Source of the DNA: Candidatus Sungiibacteriota bacterium
GTDB lineage: Bacteria; Patescibacteriota; Minisyncoccia; Sungbacterales; HO2-52-23
Reading direction: 5' to 3'
DNA: 52,983 nt
Assembly (NCBI GenBank): GCA_016186095.1
Contig: JACPMG010000011.1
Span: 1 to 52,983, forward strand
This document shows positions 42,279 to 51,364 of the stretch, piece after piece (position 1 is the stretch's first letter; the number at the start of each line of letters is the position of its first letter). Made by a program: the position numbers and the translations under genes. The notes beneath the pieces were generated by a model. The model saw only the letters and a list, made by a program, of their open reading frames with translations, had not been told where the DNA came from and ran no database searches.

Positions 42279-42281
42279 AGC

Positions 42282-43703
42282 TTGGACTTAAAATCATTTA
42301 CTCAAGCAATTCAGCAAATAGCTGATGAAAAAGGAATAGCCAAAGAGAAAATTTTCGAGGCGATCGAGATGGCTTTGGCCGCGGCCTATAAACGCGATTA
42401 CGGAAAGCGCGGGCAGATTGTGCGCGCCCAAATGGACCCGGACTCCGGAAAAGTTACCATGACCCAGATAAAAATCGTGGTGGATGAGACCATGATTAAG
42501 TCCGAAGAGGAGGTCGCTCAAGAGGAGGCTCTGCGAGAGAAGAGGCTTGCCGAAGCCACAGCCATGGCCGCCTCCGGAAAAGTAAGCGAACCCGCTCCGG
42601 CCAAAGTCGCGGAAGCCGAAGAAGTTGAAGGCGAGAAAAAGGTCCGTTTCAATCCGGAAAAGCATTTGATGATTGAAGAGGCGCGCGTGACCAAGCCGGA
42701 TGTAAAACCCGGAGATGAACTTGAATTTCCTTTGGAGTATCATGAGGACTATGGCCGCATTGCCGCGCAAACCGCCAAGCAGGTGATTGTCCAGCGGATT
42801 CGTGAGGTTGAGCGCGAAGTGGTTTTTGACGAATATAAAAATAAAGAAGGAGAGTTGGTGAGCGGCCTGATACAGCGGGTGGAGGGGCGCAATATTTTCA
42901 TAGACATTGGCCGCACCGTGGGCGTGTTGACGCCCGAGGAGCAGATTCCATACGAGAGATATCGCATTGGCGAGCGCATCAAAGTGCTGATTACGCTTGT
43001 GGAAAGAAATCCCAAAGGTCCCGGAGTTTTCCTTTCCCGTTCTCACCCCAAACTCCTGAAAAAATTGTTTGAAATTGAGGTGCCCGAGATTGCTTCCGGT
43101 GCTGTGGAGATAAAAGCCATGGCGCGGGAGCCCGGCTCCCGCTCTAAAGTTGCCGCCGTATCGCACGAGGATGGAGTTGACCCTGTGGGGTCGCTGGTGG
43201 GTCAGAAAGGAATCAGAGTTTCTACCGTTATAAACGAGCTTGGCGGAGAGAAAATTGATGTAATTGAGTGGGCCGAGGATCCGGCGGAATTCATAGGAAA
43301 TTCTCTGTCGCCCGCCAAAGTGCTGGACGTGGAAATTAACGAGAAGAGACGAGAAGCGCGGGCTATTGTGCCGGATGAGCAGCTGTCGCTGGCTATTGGC
43401 AAGGGCGGACAGAATGTGCGGCTCGCGGCCAAACTTACCGGATGGAAAATTGACGTGAGATCATCAAAGCCGAAAGCCGTTGAAGAAGAAATTCCAACAG
43501 AAGAAGAATCCGCCGTCGCTAAAGCTATGGCGGACGAGGGAGGAGCAAAGGAAAAGGAATTGTCCGAGACGGCTAAAGAGGAGCTGAAGGAAACGATCGC
43601 CGAGGCGCTGGGAACGGAGGAGAAGAAAGAAGGCGCGGGGAAAGGTTCTGAAGAGAAAAAGGAGAAAAAGCCAAAGAAGAAAAAGAAGGAAAATAGCCTA
43701 TAA
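42282..43703 (+). CDS. nusA: transcription termination/antitermination factor NusA
   Basis: 473 aa. N-terminal domain, S1 and two KH blocks (GPKGSRV-like, LAIGKGGQNVRLA), and a Lys/Glu-rich tail. TTG start. Confidence 0.92.
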   Translation: MDLKSFTQAIQQIADEKGIAKEKIFEAIEMALAAAYKRDYGKRGQIVRAQMDPDSGKVTMTQIKIVVDETMIKSEEEVAQEEALREKRLAEATAMAASGKVSEPAPAKVAEAEEVEGEKKVRFNPEKHLMIEEARVTKPDVKPGDELEFPLEYHEDYGRIAAQTAKQVIVQRIREVEREVVFDEYKNKEGELVSGLIQRVEGRNIFIDIGRTVGVLTPEEQIPYERYRIGERIKVLITLVERNPKGPGVFLSRSHPKLLKKLFEIEVPEIASGAVEIKAMAREPGSRSKVAAVSHEDGVDPVGSLVGQKGIRVSTVINELGGEKIDVIEWAEDPAEFIGNSLSPAKVLDVEINEKRREARAIVPDEQLSLAIGKGGQNVRLAAKLTGWKIDVRSSKPKAVEEEIPTEEESAVAKAMADEGGAKEKELSETAKEELKETIAEALGTEEKKEGAGKGSEEKKEKKPKKKKKENSL

Positions 43704-43811
43704 ATTTCTAATTTCTAATTTCTAATATCTAATTTCTAATGAAACTCCCAACATTAGATGTCTAATGTCTAAAACGGCCGTCACTAGACATTAGAAATTA
43801 GGAATTAGACA
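43704..43811. repeat. self-complementary cassette built from ATTTCTA / ATGTCTA words (nusA-hppA spacer)
   Basis: Five ATTTCTA-type units (43704-43738). An 11-bp perfect stem TCTAATGTCTA / TAGACATTAGA (43761-43771 / 43785-43795). The right arm TAGAAATTAGGAATTAG complements the left array. Confidence 0.8.
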
Positions 43812-43820
43812 TTGCGTAAC

Positions 43821-45803
43821 ATGATTTTATTCCCAATCATTTCTTCTCTTATCTCAATTATATTCGCGCTGGTTTTAATTTATTTCATAAAAAAATATCC
43901 CACGGGGTCAGGCAAACAGATTGAAATATGGCAGGCAATCAAGGACGGGTCGCAGGCGTATTTGAAAAGACAAAATTATACGGTGGCTGTGGTCGCAATC
44001 GCGGTTGCGGCACTTCTTTGGTACTTTTTTAAATCGCAAATTGCGGTTGGTTTTATAGTGGGCGCTGTTGCCTCAACTCTGGCCGGATATTTGGGCATGA
44101 TGACCGCGGTTGATGCCAACGTGCGCACGGCCGAGGCCGCCAAATCCGGATTGCCCAAAGCATTTCGCGTGGCTTTTCTTGGAGGATCGGTCACCGGATT
44201 TTTAGTGGTGGGGCTTGGCCTTTTTTCTGTAAGCGTTTTTTACTACTTAACTCAAGACGTATCTTCGCTTATCGGACTGGCCTTTGGCGGATCTCTGATT
44301 TCTGTCTTTGCGCGCTTGGGCGGAGGAATTTATACCAAGGGTGCTGATGTTGGCGCGGATTTGGTGGGAAAGGTGGAGGCCGGAATTCCGGAAGATGATC
44401 CTCGCAATCCTGCCGTGATTGCCGATAATGTCGGCGACAATGTTGGGGATTGCGCGGGCATGGCCGCGGACCTTTTTGAGACCTACGCAGTTACGGCCAT
44501 TGCCGCCATGCTTCTGGGGTCTTTGTTATTCCCCGGAAAGGAGACTATTGTTTTACTGCCGCTGGTTATCGGAGGTATTGCGTCGCTGGCGTCAATAGCT
44601 GGGAGCTTTGCCGTGCGAGTGCATGAGGGCGGATCAATCATGGGTGGACTTTACCGCGGGCTTATTGTTTCCTCGCTTTTGTCTTTGGCGGCACTCTGGC
44701 CGGTATTTTCCATGCTGCTTGAGCGCCCGCTGGTTAACCCTTATTTTTTGGCCTCGCTCATGGGAATTTTAGTGACAGCACTCATGACTTTGGCCACGGA
44801 ATATTATACTTCCAAAAAATTCCGTCCGGTAAAATCCATTGCGCGCGCGTCCCTTACCGGACATGGGACTAATATGATTATGGGCTTGGCATTTTCGCTT
44901 GAGGCCACTGCTTTTCCCATTGTGGTGATCTCGGCCGGCATGCTTATTTCATTTCTTTTTGCCGGACTTTACGGAGTGGCTTTGGCGGCCATGACTATGC
45001 TGGCCATGGCAGGGATAATTGTGGCCATTGATTCTTTTGGGCCAATTACCGACAATGCCGGAGGAATTGCCGAGATGGCCGGACTTCCGGAAAATGTTAG
45101 AAAAGTTACTGACCCCTTGGATGCCGTGGGAAATACCACCAAGGCCATAACTAAAGGGTACGCTATCGCTTCAGCCGGACTTGCGGCACTGGTACTTTTT
45201 GCGTCTTACGTTGAGGAATTAAGAAATTTCGGCAAGGCCGTGTTTTTTGATCTTTCCGACCCTTATGTTTTGGTCGGGCTTTTTATCGGAGGCATGATGC
45301 CATATCTTTTCGGTTCCATGGCCATGCGCGCCGTGGGCAAGGCCGCGCAAGGAGTGGTGGAGGAGGTGCGAAGACAGTTTAAGGATATTCCGGGAATAAT
45401 GGAGGGAACGGCTAAGCCCCAATACGACAAAGCCGTGGATATCGTGACCAAAGCCGCGTTGCGGCAAATGATTTTGCCGGCCTTGATTCCGGTGGCCGTT
45501 CCGATTTTATTGGTCGTGGTTTTGGGATCGAACGGCGCGCAGGCACTCGGAGGGCTTCTGGTCGGGTCAATCGTTACGGGTTTATTTGTCGCTATTTCCA
45601 TGACTTCGGGCGGTGCCGCATGGGACAATGCCAAAAAATATATTGAGGAGGGAAATTATGGCGGCAAAAGATCTCCTGCTCATCAGGCCGCAGTTACCGG
45701 AGATACGGTGGGCGATCCTTATAAAGACACGGCGGGACCGGCCATAAATCCGATGATTAAGATTGTAAATATTGTGGCGCTTTTGATTGCAAGATTGCTG
45801 TAG
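43821..45803 (+). CDS. hppA: membrane-bound proton-translocating pyrophosphatase
   Basis: About 660 aa, polytopic: [51 protein letters not shown]. Start taken at the first ATG. Confidence 0.93.
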   Translation: MILFPIISSLISIIFALVLIYFIKKYPTGSGKQIEIWQAIKDGSQAYLKRQNYTVAVVAIAVAALLWYFFKSQIAVGFIVGAVASTLAGYLGMMTAVDANVRTAEAAKSGLPKAFRVAFLGGSVTGFLVVGLGLFSVSVFYYLTQDVSSLIGLAFGGSLISVFARLGGGIYTKGADVGADLVGKVEAGIPEDDPRNPAVIADNVGDNVGDCAGMAADLFETYAVTAIAAMLLGSLLFPGKETIVLLPLVIGGIASLASIAGSFAVRVHEGGSIMGGLYRGLIVSSLLSLAALWPVFSMLLERPLVNPYFLASLMGILVTALMTLATEYYTSKKFRPVKSIARASLTGHGTNMIMGLAFSLEATAFPIVVISAGMLISFLFAGLYGVALAAMTMLAMAGIIVAIDSFGPITDNAGGIAEMAGLPENVRKVTDPLDAVGNTTKAITKGYAIASAGLAALVLFASYVEELRNFGKAVFFDLSDPYVLVGLFIGGMMPYLFGSMAMRAVGKAAQGVVEEVRRQFKDIPGIMEGTAKPQYDKAVDIVTKAALRQMILPALIPVAVPILLVVVLGSNGAQALGGLLVGSIVTGLFVAISMTSGGAAWDNAKKYIEEGNYGGKRSPAHQAAVTGDTVGDPYKDTAGPAINPMIKIVNIVALLIARLL

Positions 45804-45842
45804 GGGAAATAAAATATGTCCGACAGCCGGTGCCGGACATGA

Positions 45843-46460
45843 TTACTCGAACGCCATATCGGGATTTGACCGAACGTATTCGCCAAGAGTCATGCGCCGC
45901 AGTTTTTTCTCTAAAATTTTAAGGGCCAGGCCCCCGCTTAACATATAGCTTATCGCCTGGTTGAGGCTCAGGCTTGCATAAATTATGTCGTGTTCGGTAA
46001 GGCCGAGGGGTTTGGGAATGGGCATGTCGCCAAAAACTACCGTTATTATGTGGCCGCCGTCTTCAATCGGTATCACGCCGGTCACCACTCCGGGTGCGAA
46101 GGAGGAGGCCCCTCGATAGTATGGCGCCAGTATCACGCCTTTAGAGCGCGCGAGCGAGCGGAATTTTTTCCACTGCTCGATGACATTTACGATTTGTCCG
46201 GCTAAAGGCACTTTTCCAAGATGGCTTACCAGCCTCCAGCCGCGTTTGGTCTCGGCAATAAATCCCAAGAGCAGCGCGACCGCCATACTTACTAGAAATC
46301 CCGCAAAACGAATGTTGCGTCCGAGTATCGGCTCTAAGAGGAATTTGTTATAGAAGTTATCAAAAAACTGTACGACAAAAACTAGAAGCGTTATGGCTAT
46401 TACCGCGGGAATCTGTATAACGTAACCCATGAGTATGGCTCGTTCCAGCCACTTTCTCAT
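45843..46460 (-). CDS. DUF502-like membrane protein
   Basis: 205 aa. Two N-terminal transmembrane helices, then a KVPLAGQIVNVIEQW-type motif. Confidence 0.55.
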   Translation of the reverse strand: MRKWLERAILMGYVIQIPAVIAITLLVFVVQFFDNFYNKFLLEPILGRNIRFAGFLVSMAVALLLGFIAETKRGWRLVSHLGKVPLAGQIVNVIEQWKKFRSLARSKGVILAPYYRGASSFAPGVVTGVIPIEDGGHIITVVFGDMPIPKPLGLTEHDIIYASLSLNQAISYMLSGGLALKILEKKLRRMTLGEYVRSNPDMAFE

Positions 46461-46498
46461 CCATGCCTCCGGTTTTTTTGCTTCTTATATTCTAACCT

Positions 46499-47545
46499 AT
46501 GGAATATAAAGTAACCACTCTTCCCAAATCAGAGCTTGAAATTGTGGTTATAATCACATTTCTGGAATTTGAACCGCATGTAAAAAGGGCGGCGGTTTTA
46601 ATTTCGGAAGAAGCGGAGATTGAGGGCTTTAGAAAAGGAAAGGCGCCGTATGATATTGTCAAAAATAAATTTGGGGAGCAGGCGATTTATGAGAAAGCGG
46701 CCGAGATAGCAGTTAGGAAAACATATCCGGAGGTATTGGAGAAATTAGTTACCAGTAACCAGTTACTGGCCGCTAATCCGCCAGTTGGACGGCCGGAAAT
46801 TACCATAACGAAATTGGCGCCCGGCAATGAGTTACAGTACAAAGTAAAGTTAGCATTGCTTCCCGAAGTAAAACTTCCCGACTATAAATCCGTAGCCCGA
46901 CGCGTTAAAAAGGAGAAAAAAGAGGTTTTGGTCAGCGATGAGGAGGTGGAGAAAACTCTTAAATGGGTGCGGGAATCGCGAGCCGTGGGTGAGGGCGAGA
47001 ATAGAAAAATCCCCGAACTTACGGACGATTTTGCCAAAAGTTTGGGCGATTTTCCTTCGGTTGATGCGTTAAGATCAAACGTCCGTAGCGGACTTCAGTC
47101 CGAAAAAGAGGAGCGGGAGCGGGAGAGGATTCGTATCAGGATTCTTGAGGAAGTCGCCAAGGACTCGGGCCTTGAGGTGCCGGATGTTTTGGTGGAATCC
47201 GAGCTTGAAAAAATGTTTGCGGAGCTAAAATCCGGGGTGGAGGGCATGGGCGCTAAATGGGAGGATTACTTGGTGCATTTGAAGAAAACGCCCGAGGAAT
47301 TGCGTTCGGGTTGGCGGGAAGATGCGATAAAGCGCGTGCGCGCAGGCCTGGTTCTTCGCGAGATTGCGCGGGCGGAGAAGATTGAGCCGGGCGAGGAGGA
47401 GATTCAGGAGCGGGCAGACGCGTTTTTGAGACAATATAAATCCGCGGAGGACACAGAAAAAAACATTGACGCCGAATCGCTTCGCGAGTATACTAGAGGC
47501 ATATTGAGGAACGAGAAGGTGTTTGAATTTTTGGAAAAGCAATGA
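46499..47545 (+). CDS. tig: trigger factor lacking the PPIase domain
   Basis: 348 aa. Ribosome-binding GFRKGKAP motif. The sequence goes from VSDEEVEKTLKWVRESRA almost directly to IPELTDDFAK, where the ~100-aa FKBP domain normally sits. Confidence 0.85.
   Translation: MEYKVTTLPKSELEIVVIITFLEFEPHVKRAAVLISEEAEIEGFRKGKAPYDIVKNKFGEQAIYEKAAEIAVRKTYPEVLEKLVTSNQLLAANPPVGRPEITITKLAPGNELQYKVKLALLPEVKLPDYKSVARRVKKEKKEVLVSDEEVEKTLKWVRESRAVGEGENRKIPELTDDFAKSLGDFPSVDALRSNVRSGLQSEKEERERERIRIRILEEVAKDSGLEVPDVLVESELEKMFAELKSGVEGMGAKWEDYLVHLKKTPEELRSGWREDAIKRVRAGLVLREIARAEKIEPGEEEIQERADAFLRQYKSAEDTEKNIDAESLREYTRGILRNEKVFEFLEKQ
46748..46768. repeat. 3 x 7 nt GTTACCA-type array inside tig, in frame
   Basis: GTTACCA GTAACCA GTTACTG, encoding VTSNQLL. 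It sits at a position where my recalled E. coli TF sequence has no matching residues before NP. Confidence 0.75.
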
Positions 47546-47610
47546 TGCCAATTCGATGCGAATTTAATGCCAATCTACCAATCGCGAATTCGCGATTCGC
47601 AAAATTGGCA
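47546..47610. repeat. NNCGAAT/CCAAT cassette in the clpP leader (homologous to cassette E)
   Basis: TGCCAAT tcgaTGCGAAT ttaaTGCCAAT ctaCCAAT. 16-nt perfect palindrome ATCGCGAATTCGCGAT (47581-47596). Closing stem TGCCAATT/AATTGGCA. Confidence 0.8.
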
Positions 47611-47638
47611 TAAGATTTGTAGATTAGCATCACATTTC

Positions 47639-48256
47639 ATGGACGAGGAAATTTATTCCCAATATCTGATCCCCACGGTTATCGAAAAATCGCAATTTGG
47701 CGAGCGGGCTTATGATATTTATTCGCGGCTTCTCAAAGAGCGGATTGTTTTTCTGGGCGGGCCGATCGTGGATCCTATTGCCAATTCAATTATCGCGCAA
47801 CTTTTGTTTTTGGAATCGGAGGACGAAAAAAAAGATATAAAGCTTTATATCAACTCTCCGGGCGGATCGGTTCCGGCCACTTTGGCGATCTATGATACTA
47901 TGCAATACGTCAAGCCGGATGTCTCCACCATCTGTATCGGCATGGCCGCATCCGGCGCAGCCCTGCTTCTTTCTTCGGGCGCTAAGGGCAAGCGTTTTGC
48001 TCTCCCCAACTCCGAAGTTCTTATCCATCAAGTTATGGCCGGAGGCATTGAGGGACAGGCAACCGAGATTGAAATTTCGGCCAAGCACATTTTGCGCCTG
48101 AAAGAACGGCTGAATCAAATCCTTGCCAAACATACGGGCAAGCCCCTTTCGCAGGTAGAGCATGACACCGACCGCGATTTTTATATGGACACCGAAGAAG
48201 CGAAGAAGTACGGGATTATTGATGAGATTATAAAAAGAAAAGCCAATAGCAGGTAA
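47639..48256 (+). CDS. clpP: ATP-dependent Clp protease proteolytic subunit
   Basis: Active-site context [11 protein letters not shown] with IHQV. Start at [14 protein letters not shown]; the track's 24 extra codons lie in the repeat cassette. Confidence 0.93.
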   Translation: MDEEIYSQYLIPTVIEKSQFGERAYDIYSRLLKERIVFLGGPIVDPIANSIIAQLLFLESEDEKKDIKLYINSPGGSVPATLAIYDTMQYVKPDVSTICIGMAASGAALLLSSGAKGKRFALPNSEVLIHQVMAGGIEGQATEIEISAKHILRLKERLNQILAKHTGKPLSQVEHDTDRDFYMDTEEAKKYGIIDEIIKRKANSR

Positions 48257-48284
48257 CCAGCGGGTGATATCAAATTTGCGTTTA

Positions 48285-48311
48285 AAAAATGATCCCGACT
48301 CACGTCGGGAT
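48285..48311 (-). terminator. terminator of the 266-aa gene
   Basis: ATCCCGAC / GTCGGGAT stem, followed in the minus sense by CATTTTTT. Confidence 0.6.
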
Positions 48312-49111
48312 TATTCGTCTTCAATCTCCTCAAGCGGCAAGCCGTATTTATCCGCTGCGGCGGCAAACGCCTGATTATACGCTCCTCTATCTTTTTCCTT
48401 AAGAGCCTTTGTCACCGCCTCTTCGAAAACTCTAGTTCTTACCTTCTTGCGGTAGTTCGCTAGCGCCACGTCCGCAAGTATGCCCTCCTTATAAAACAGT
48501 ATAAATCCGTCCAGATGGTTCAACATGTGCGCGCGGCCTATATCTCTGAGCTTGAGTCTTGGGTGCGGACGGGCTTCGCGTAGCCACAACACCATGGCCT
48601 CGGGAAGGGGGCTGGGCGTAAGACAGAGCATGGTTTCTCCTTCCGGAATATCCGTGAGCTCGCTTTCGATGAATTGGAAAATGCGTCCTGCTTCGTGTGA
48701 TAGGAAATTAGCTCCTATCTTGGATTGGTCTACACATTCACTGATCGCTTTTCTAAGATCAGCAAACCTTGGATTATTTTTCGGCAGTCCGTTGCTAATA
48801 GCCAACCATCCCGGCATTGATTTCTCATCCGGGAAGAGCATCCCGCTTTCTTTGACAACAGTGTCTTCGGCGCTGGTCCATAAAAGATCGCGGGCACTGC
48901 CGATTATGGCCTCGGCTGTAGCCGCGGCCAGAGGCGAGGGCGCATGAATGATTTTTCGAAAAGGAAGCCCGGGGAATTCTATTTCTGTCAGCTTTCGTAT
49001 ATATTCCAGGCCTCCTGCGCCCCTTTCTTTTAGTCCTGAGCTGGGGTCTCCTTCCACCGCGCGGGCTCCCAGTTGCATAAGCAGTACTCGCTTGACTTTA
49101 TCGGTTTTCAC
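48311..49111 (-). CDS. hypothetical protein (266 aa), faint histidine-phosphatase-like pattern
   Basis: HAPSPLAAATAEAI resembles the SSPLxRAxxTA block, but no RHG catalytic motif is present. Otherwise unassigned. Confidence 0.45.
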   Translation of the reverse strand: MKTDKVKRVLLMQLGARAVEGDPSSGLKERGAGGLEYIRKLTEIEFPGLPFRKIIHAPSPLAAATAEAIIGSARDLLWTSAEDTVVKESGMLFPDEKSMPGWLAISNGLPKNNPRFADLRKAISECVDQSKIGANFLSHEAGRIFQFIESELTDIPEGETMLCLTPSPLPEAMVLWLREARPHPRLKLRDIGRAHMLNHLDGFILFYKEGILADVALANYRKKVRTRVFEEAVTKALKEKDRGAYNQAFAAAADKYGLPLEEIEDE

Positions 49112-49181
49112 CGCATCCCCCCACTATTTAAATTGAGACAACTCCCGATACGATAGCATAAGTCCTATTCTTAGTCAAGAA

Positions 49182-49207
49182 AATATTGCGGCCGCAACCG
49201 CAATATT
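49182..49207 (-). terminator. terminator after the gpmI unit
   Basis: AATATTGCGG ccgcaa CCGCAATATT (10 bp perfect), followed in the minus sense by TTTCTTG. Confidence 0.55.
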
Positions 49208-49223
49208 ACTGTTCTTCGTGCTA

Positions 49224-49436
49224 CTATTGAAGTTGCTCAATCAAATCCGGCCACACGTGTCCTTCTCTGTTCATGCCTTCCGGAAGAATTTCGGAGGTAA
49301 CGCTTGCTTCCCGCGGGAATTCCATTGGTACCTCCGGCCGGTCGTAGGCTTCAGGATGCTGGTGGCGGAAGCACAAGTTAATCATAGGGCCCGCATCGGC
49401 CATACCTCTCTCCTTCCAGCCGGTGACTGGCTTCAT
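49224..49436 (-). CDS. hypothetical small protein (70 aa)
   Basis: Open frame 12 nt downstream of gpmI on the same strand. No motif recognised. Confidence 0.35.
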   Translation of the reverse strand: MKPVTGWKERGMADAGPMINLCFRHQHPEAYDRPEVPMEFPREASVTSEILPEGMNREGHVWPDLIEQLQ

Positions 49437-49448
49437 AATATAAAATTC

Positions 49449-51035
49449 CTAAGTAATGTCAAACAAAATGTTTCTTCCGGTCATCTCCTGCGGTCTATCC
49501 AAATTCAGCAGTTTCAGGATCGTGGGGGCGATATCGGTGAGTATTCCGGCAACCTCTGATTTTTGTTTTAAGATTTCGGCCTCGCTCCTCGGCATTTTTC
49601 TTTGGAAATTTTTCCCCAGCAAATAAAGCGGCACCGGGTTCATGGAATGTTTGGTCAGCTTCTCCCCGCTTACCGGATCGCGCTTTAACTCTATATTGCC
49701 GTGATCCCCGGTTACGAACATAATGCCTTCACTATTTAGAACGGCGTTGAGCAACTGTCCCAGCTGTTCGTCCAGTATTTCAACTGCCTGCACCGCGGCC
49801 TTAAAGTTGCCGGAATGTCCCACCATGTCGGCATTGGCGAAATTGGCGATCACCACGTCATAGCGGCCAAAATTCTCAAGTATTTTTGAGGTGATGTCTG
49901 CGGCGCGCATCTCAGGCACATCGTCAAAGTGGGCCGTTACCACCGAGGGGACGAGGATTCTCTCTTCCCCGGCAGATGGTTTTTCTTTTCCCCCGTTGAA
50001 AAAGTAGGTAACGTGCGCGTACTTCTCTGTCTCGGCAATATGCAGGTGCTTTAGTCCCGCTTCGGAGAGTACACGCGAAAGAGGCCAGTTTACGTCAAGC
50101 GTGGAGAAAGCCGCATTGACCCGAAGACCTTTTTCGTACTCGGTCATAGTCGCGATAAACAAATTTTGGATTTTTTTCCTGGGGAAATGATCAAAAGAAT
50201 CATCCGCAAACGCATGCGTAAGCTCGCGCATGGAATCCTCGCGGAAGTTAAAGAAAATTAGCGAATCTCCCTCCCTCACTAAAGCGGGCTTGCCCGCCGT
50301 AGTTCCGGTTGCAACCGAAACGAAGGCGGGTTCTATAAACTCGTCTGTTACCCCTTTCTCATATGATTCGCGCAAATACCCGTGGATAGACGATATTTTC
50401 TTGCCTTTTTCTTCGGTAATAAGTTCGTAGCAAGCGCGTACCCGGTCCCATTTCTCGTCGCGGTCCATGGCGTAAAATCTCCCGATGACCGAAGAAAAGT
50501 GGGCATTGGGCCACTCTTGATTTATTCGTTCCTCTAGTATTTTAAGAAATTTTGCCCCTTCTTCGGGAGGAGCGTCTTTCCCGTCAGTGAATATATGGAG
50601 AAACACCCGTTCAAGTTTCTCCCGCTTGGCAAGTTCAAGCAGCGCGTAGAAGTGATCGATGTAACTATGCACCGAGCCGGAAGAAATTAATCCAGCCAAA
50701 TGAAGGCTTGATTTGTTCCGCTGTACGTGCGCCATTGCCTTAAGAAAGGCCTCATTGGAAAAAAATGTTCCGTCATATATTGAGTTTATAATACGCGGGA
50801 GATGATGATATATTACGCGTCCCGCGCCCATGGTAAGGTGGCCGACTTCAGAATTTCCCGCCTCACCCCAAGGAAGTCCGACGGCAACGCCGGATGCCTG
50901 GAGCGTCGTAAAAGGAAAATTACGCTCGATCTCGTCAAGCGTTGGCGTACGCGCGTGAGCCACCGGGTTGCCCTCTTTTTCCAGGGATACGCCAAAGCCG
51001 TCTAGAATTATGAGAAGCAATGGTTTGGGCCGCAT
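49449..51035 (-). CDS. gpmI: 2,3-bisphosphoglycerate-independent phosphoglycerate mutase
   Basis: 528 aa: LIILDGFG, GNSEVGHLTMGAGR, TGDHGN. Confidence 0.95.
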   Translation of the reverse strand: MRPKPLLLIILDGFGVSLEKEGNPVAHARTPTLDEIERNFPFTTLQASGVAVGLPWGEAGNSEVGHLTMGAGRVIYHHLPRIINSIYDGTFFSNEAFLKAMAHVQRNKSSLHLAGLISSGSVHSYIDHFYALLELAKREKLERVFLHIFTDGKDAPPEEGAKFLKILEERINQEWPNAHFSSVIGRFYAMDRDEKWDRVRACYELITEEKGKKISSIHGYLRESYEKGVTDEFIEPAFVSVATGTTAGKPALVREGDSLIFFNFREDSMRELTHAFADDSFDHFPRKKIQNLFIATMTEYEKGLRVNAAFSTLDVNWPLSRVLSEAGLKHLHIAETEKYAHVTYFFNGGKEKPSAGEERILVPSVVTAHFDDVPEMRAADITSKILENFGRYDVVIANFANADMVGHSGNFKAAVQAVEILDEQLGQLLNAVLNSEGIMFVTGDHGNIELKRDPVSGEKLTKHSMNPVPLYLLGKNFQRKMPRSEAEILKQKSEVAGILTDIAPTILKLLNLDRPQEMTGRNILFDIT

Positions 51036-51080
51036 GAAAGTAATTGTAGCATAAAGTTTATCCGGCTGTCTTAGTAGATA

Positions 51081-51109
51081 TTGACTTTGAAACCAGCTTT
51101 TGTTATACT
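51081..51109 (+). promoter_or_regulatory. sigma70 promoter, TTGACT-17-TATACT
   Basis: -35 at 51081-51086 and -10 at 51104-51109, 255 nt upstream of rny. A second extended -10 (TGgTATACT) lies at 51233-51241. Confidence 0.55.
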
Positions 51110-51364
51110 GCGGTTATATATTTTGAGATTTAATCTATATTGTCAATAGCCAAAACTGTCGCGATACCCTTTGGCAGGATTTCTAGATTATTCCGCTTAA
51201 TATGTCATTTTTCTTTGGGGATAAAAAGTCCATGGTATACTCTCTTCAAAGACCTTCGGAAAACCGGGGGCTATTAAGCTGAGACGCAGTTCCAACGAGG
51301 AACTGCTAATATCGTTTTCTCCTGCCGATCACGATTAGGGTATCGTGCCAATTTTCATTTCATC

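Noticed and set aside
42294-43166. A 290-aa minus-strand ORF in the track.
   Set aside because: It is fully antisense to nusA. Its frame stays open because of the Glu/Lys codon bias of nusA.
6422-47610. Heptamer arrays, considered as CRISPR arrays.
   Set aside because: The units are 7 nt long and directly tandem or inverted with no spacers. Arrays are 21-35 nt long, and no cas genes are present.
47567-47638. ORF-track N-terminal extensions of clpP, comFC (26818), gyrB (5849), pmbA (40517), tldD (42061), the AstE-like gene (37702), the GspH-like pilin (17234) and hppA (43812).
   Set aside because: - The extensions run through repeat cassettes or neighbouring genes.
- Family N-termini, and Shine-Dalgarno sites where present, support the internal starts given in the feature list.
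51270-51330. CTGAGA in the rny leader suggested a TPP riboswitch, and an ACGA-containing loop suggested guanidine-II.
   Set aside because: No ACCTGATCTGGATAATGCCAGCG-like pyrimidine-sensor helix follows. The loop is AACGA with the wrong closing pair, and there is no second matching hairpin.
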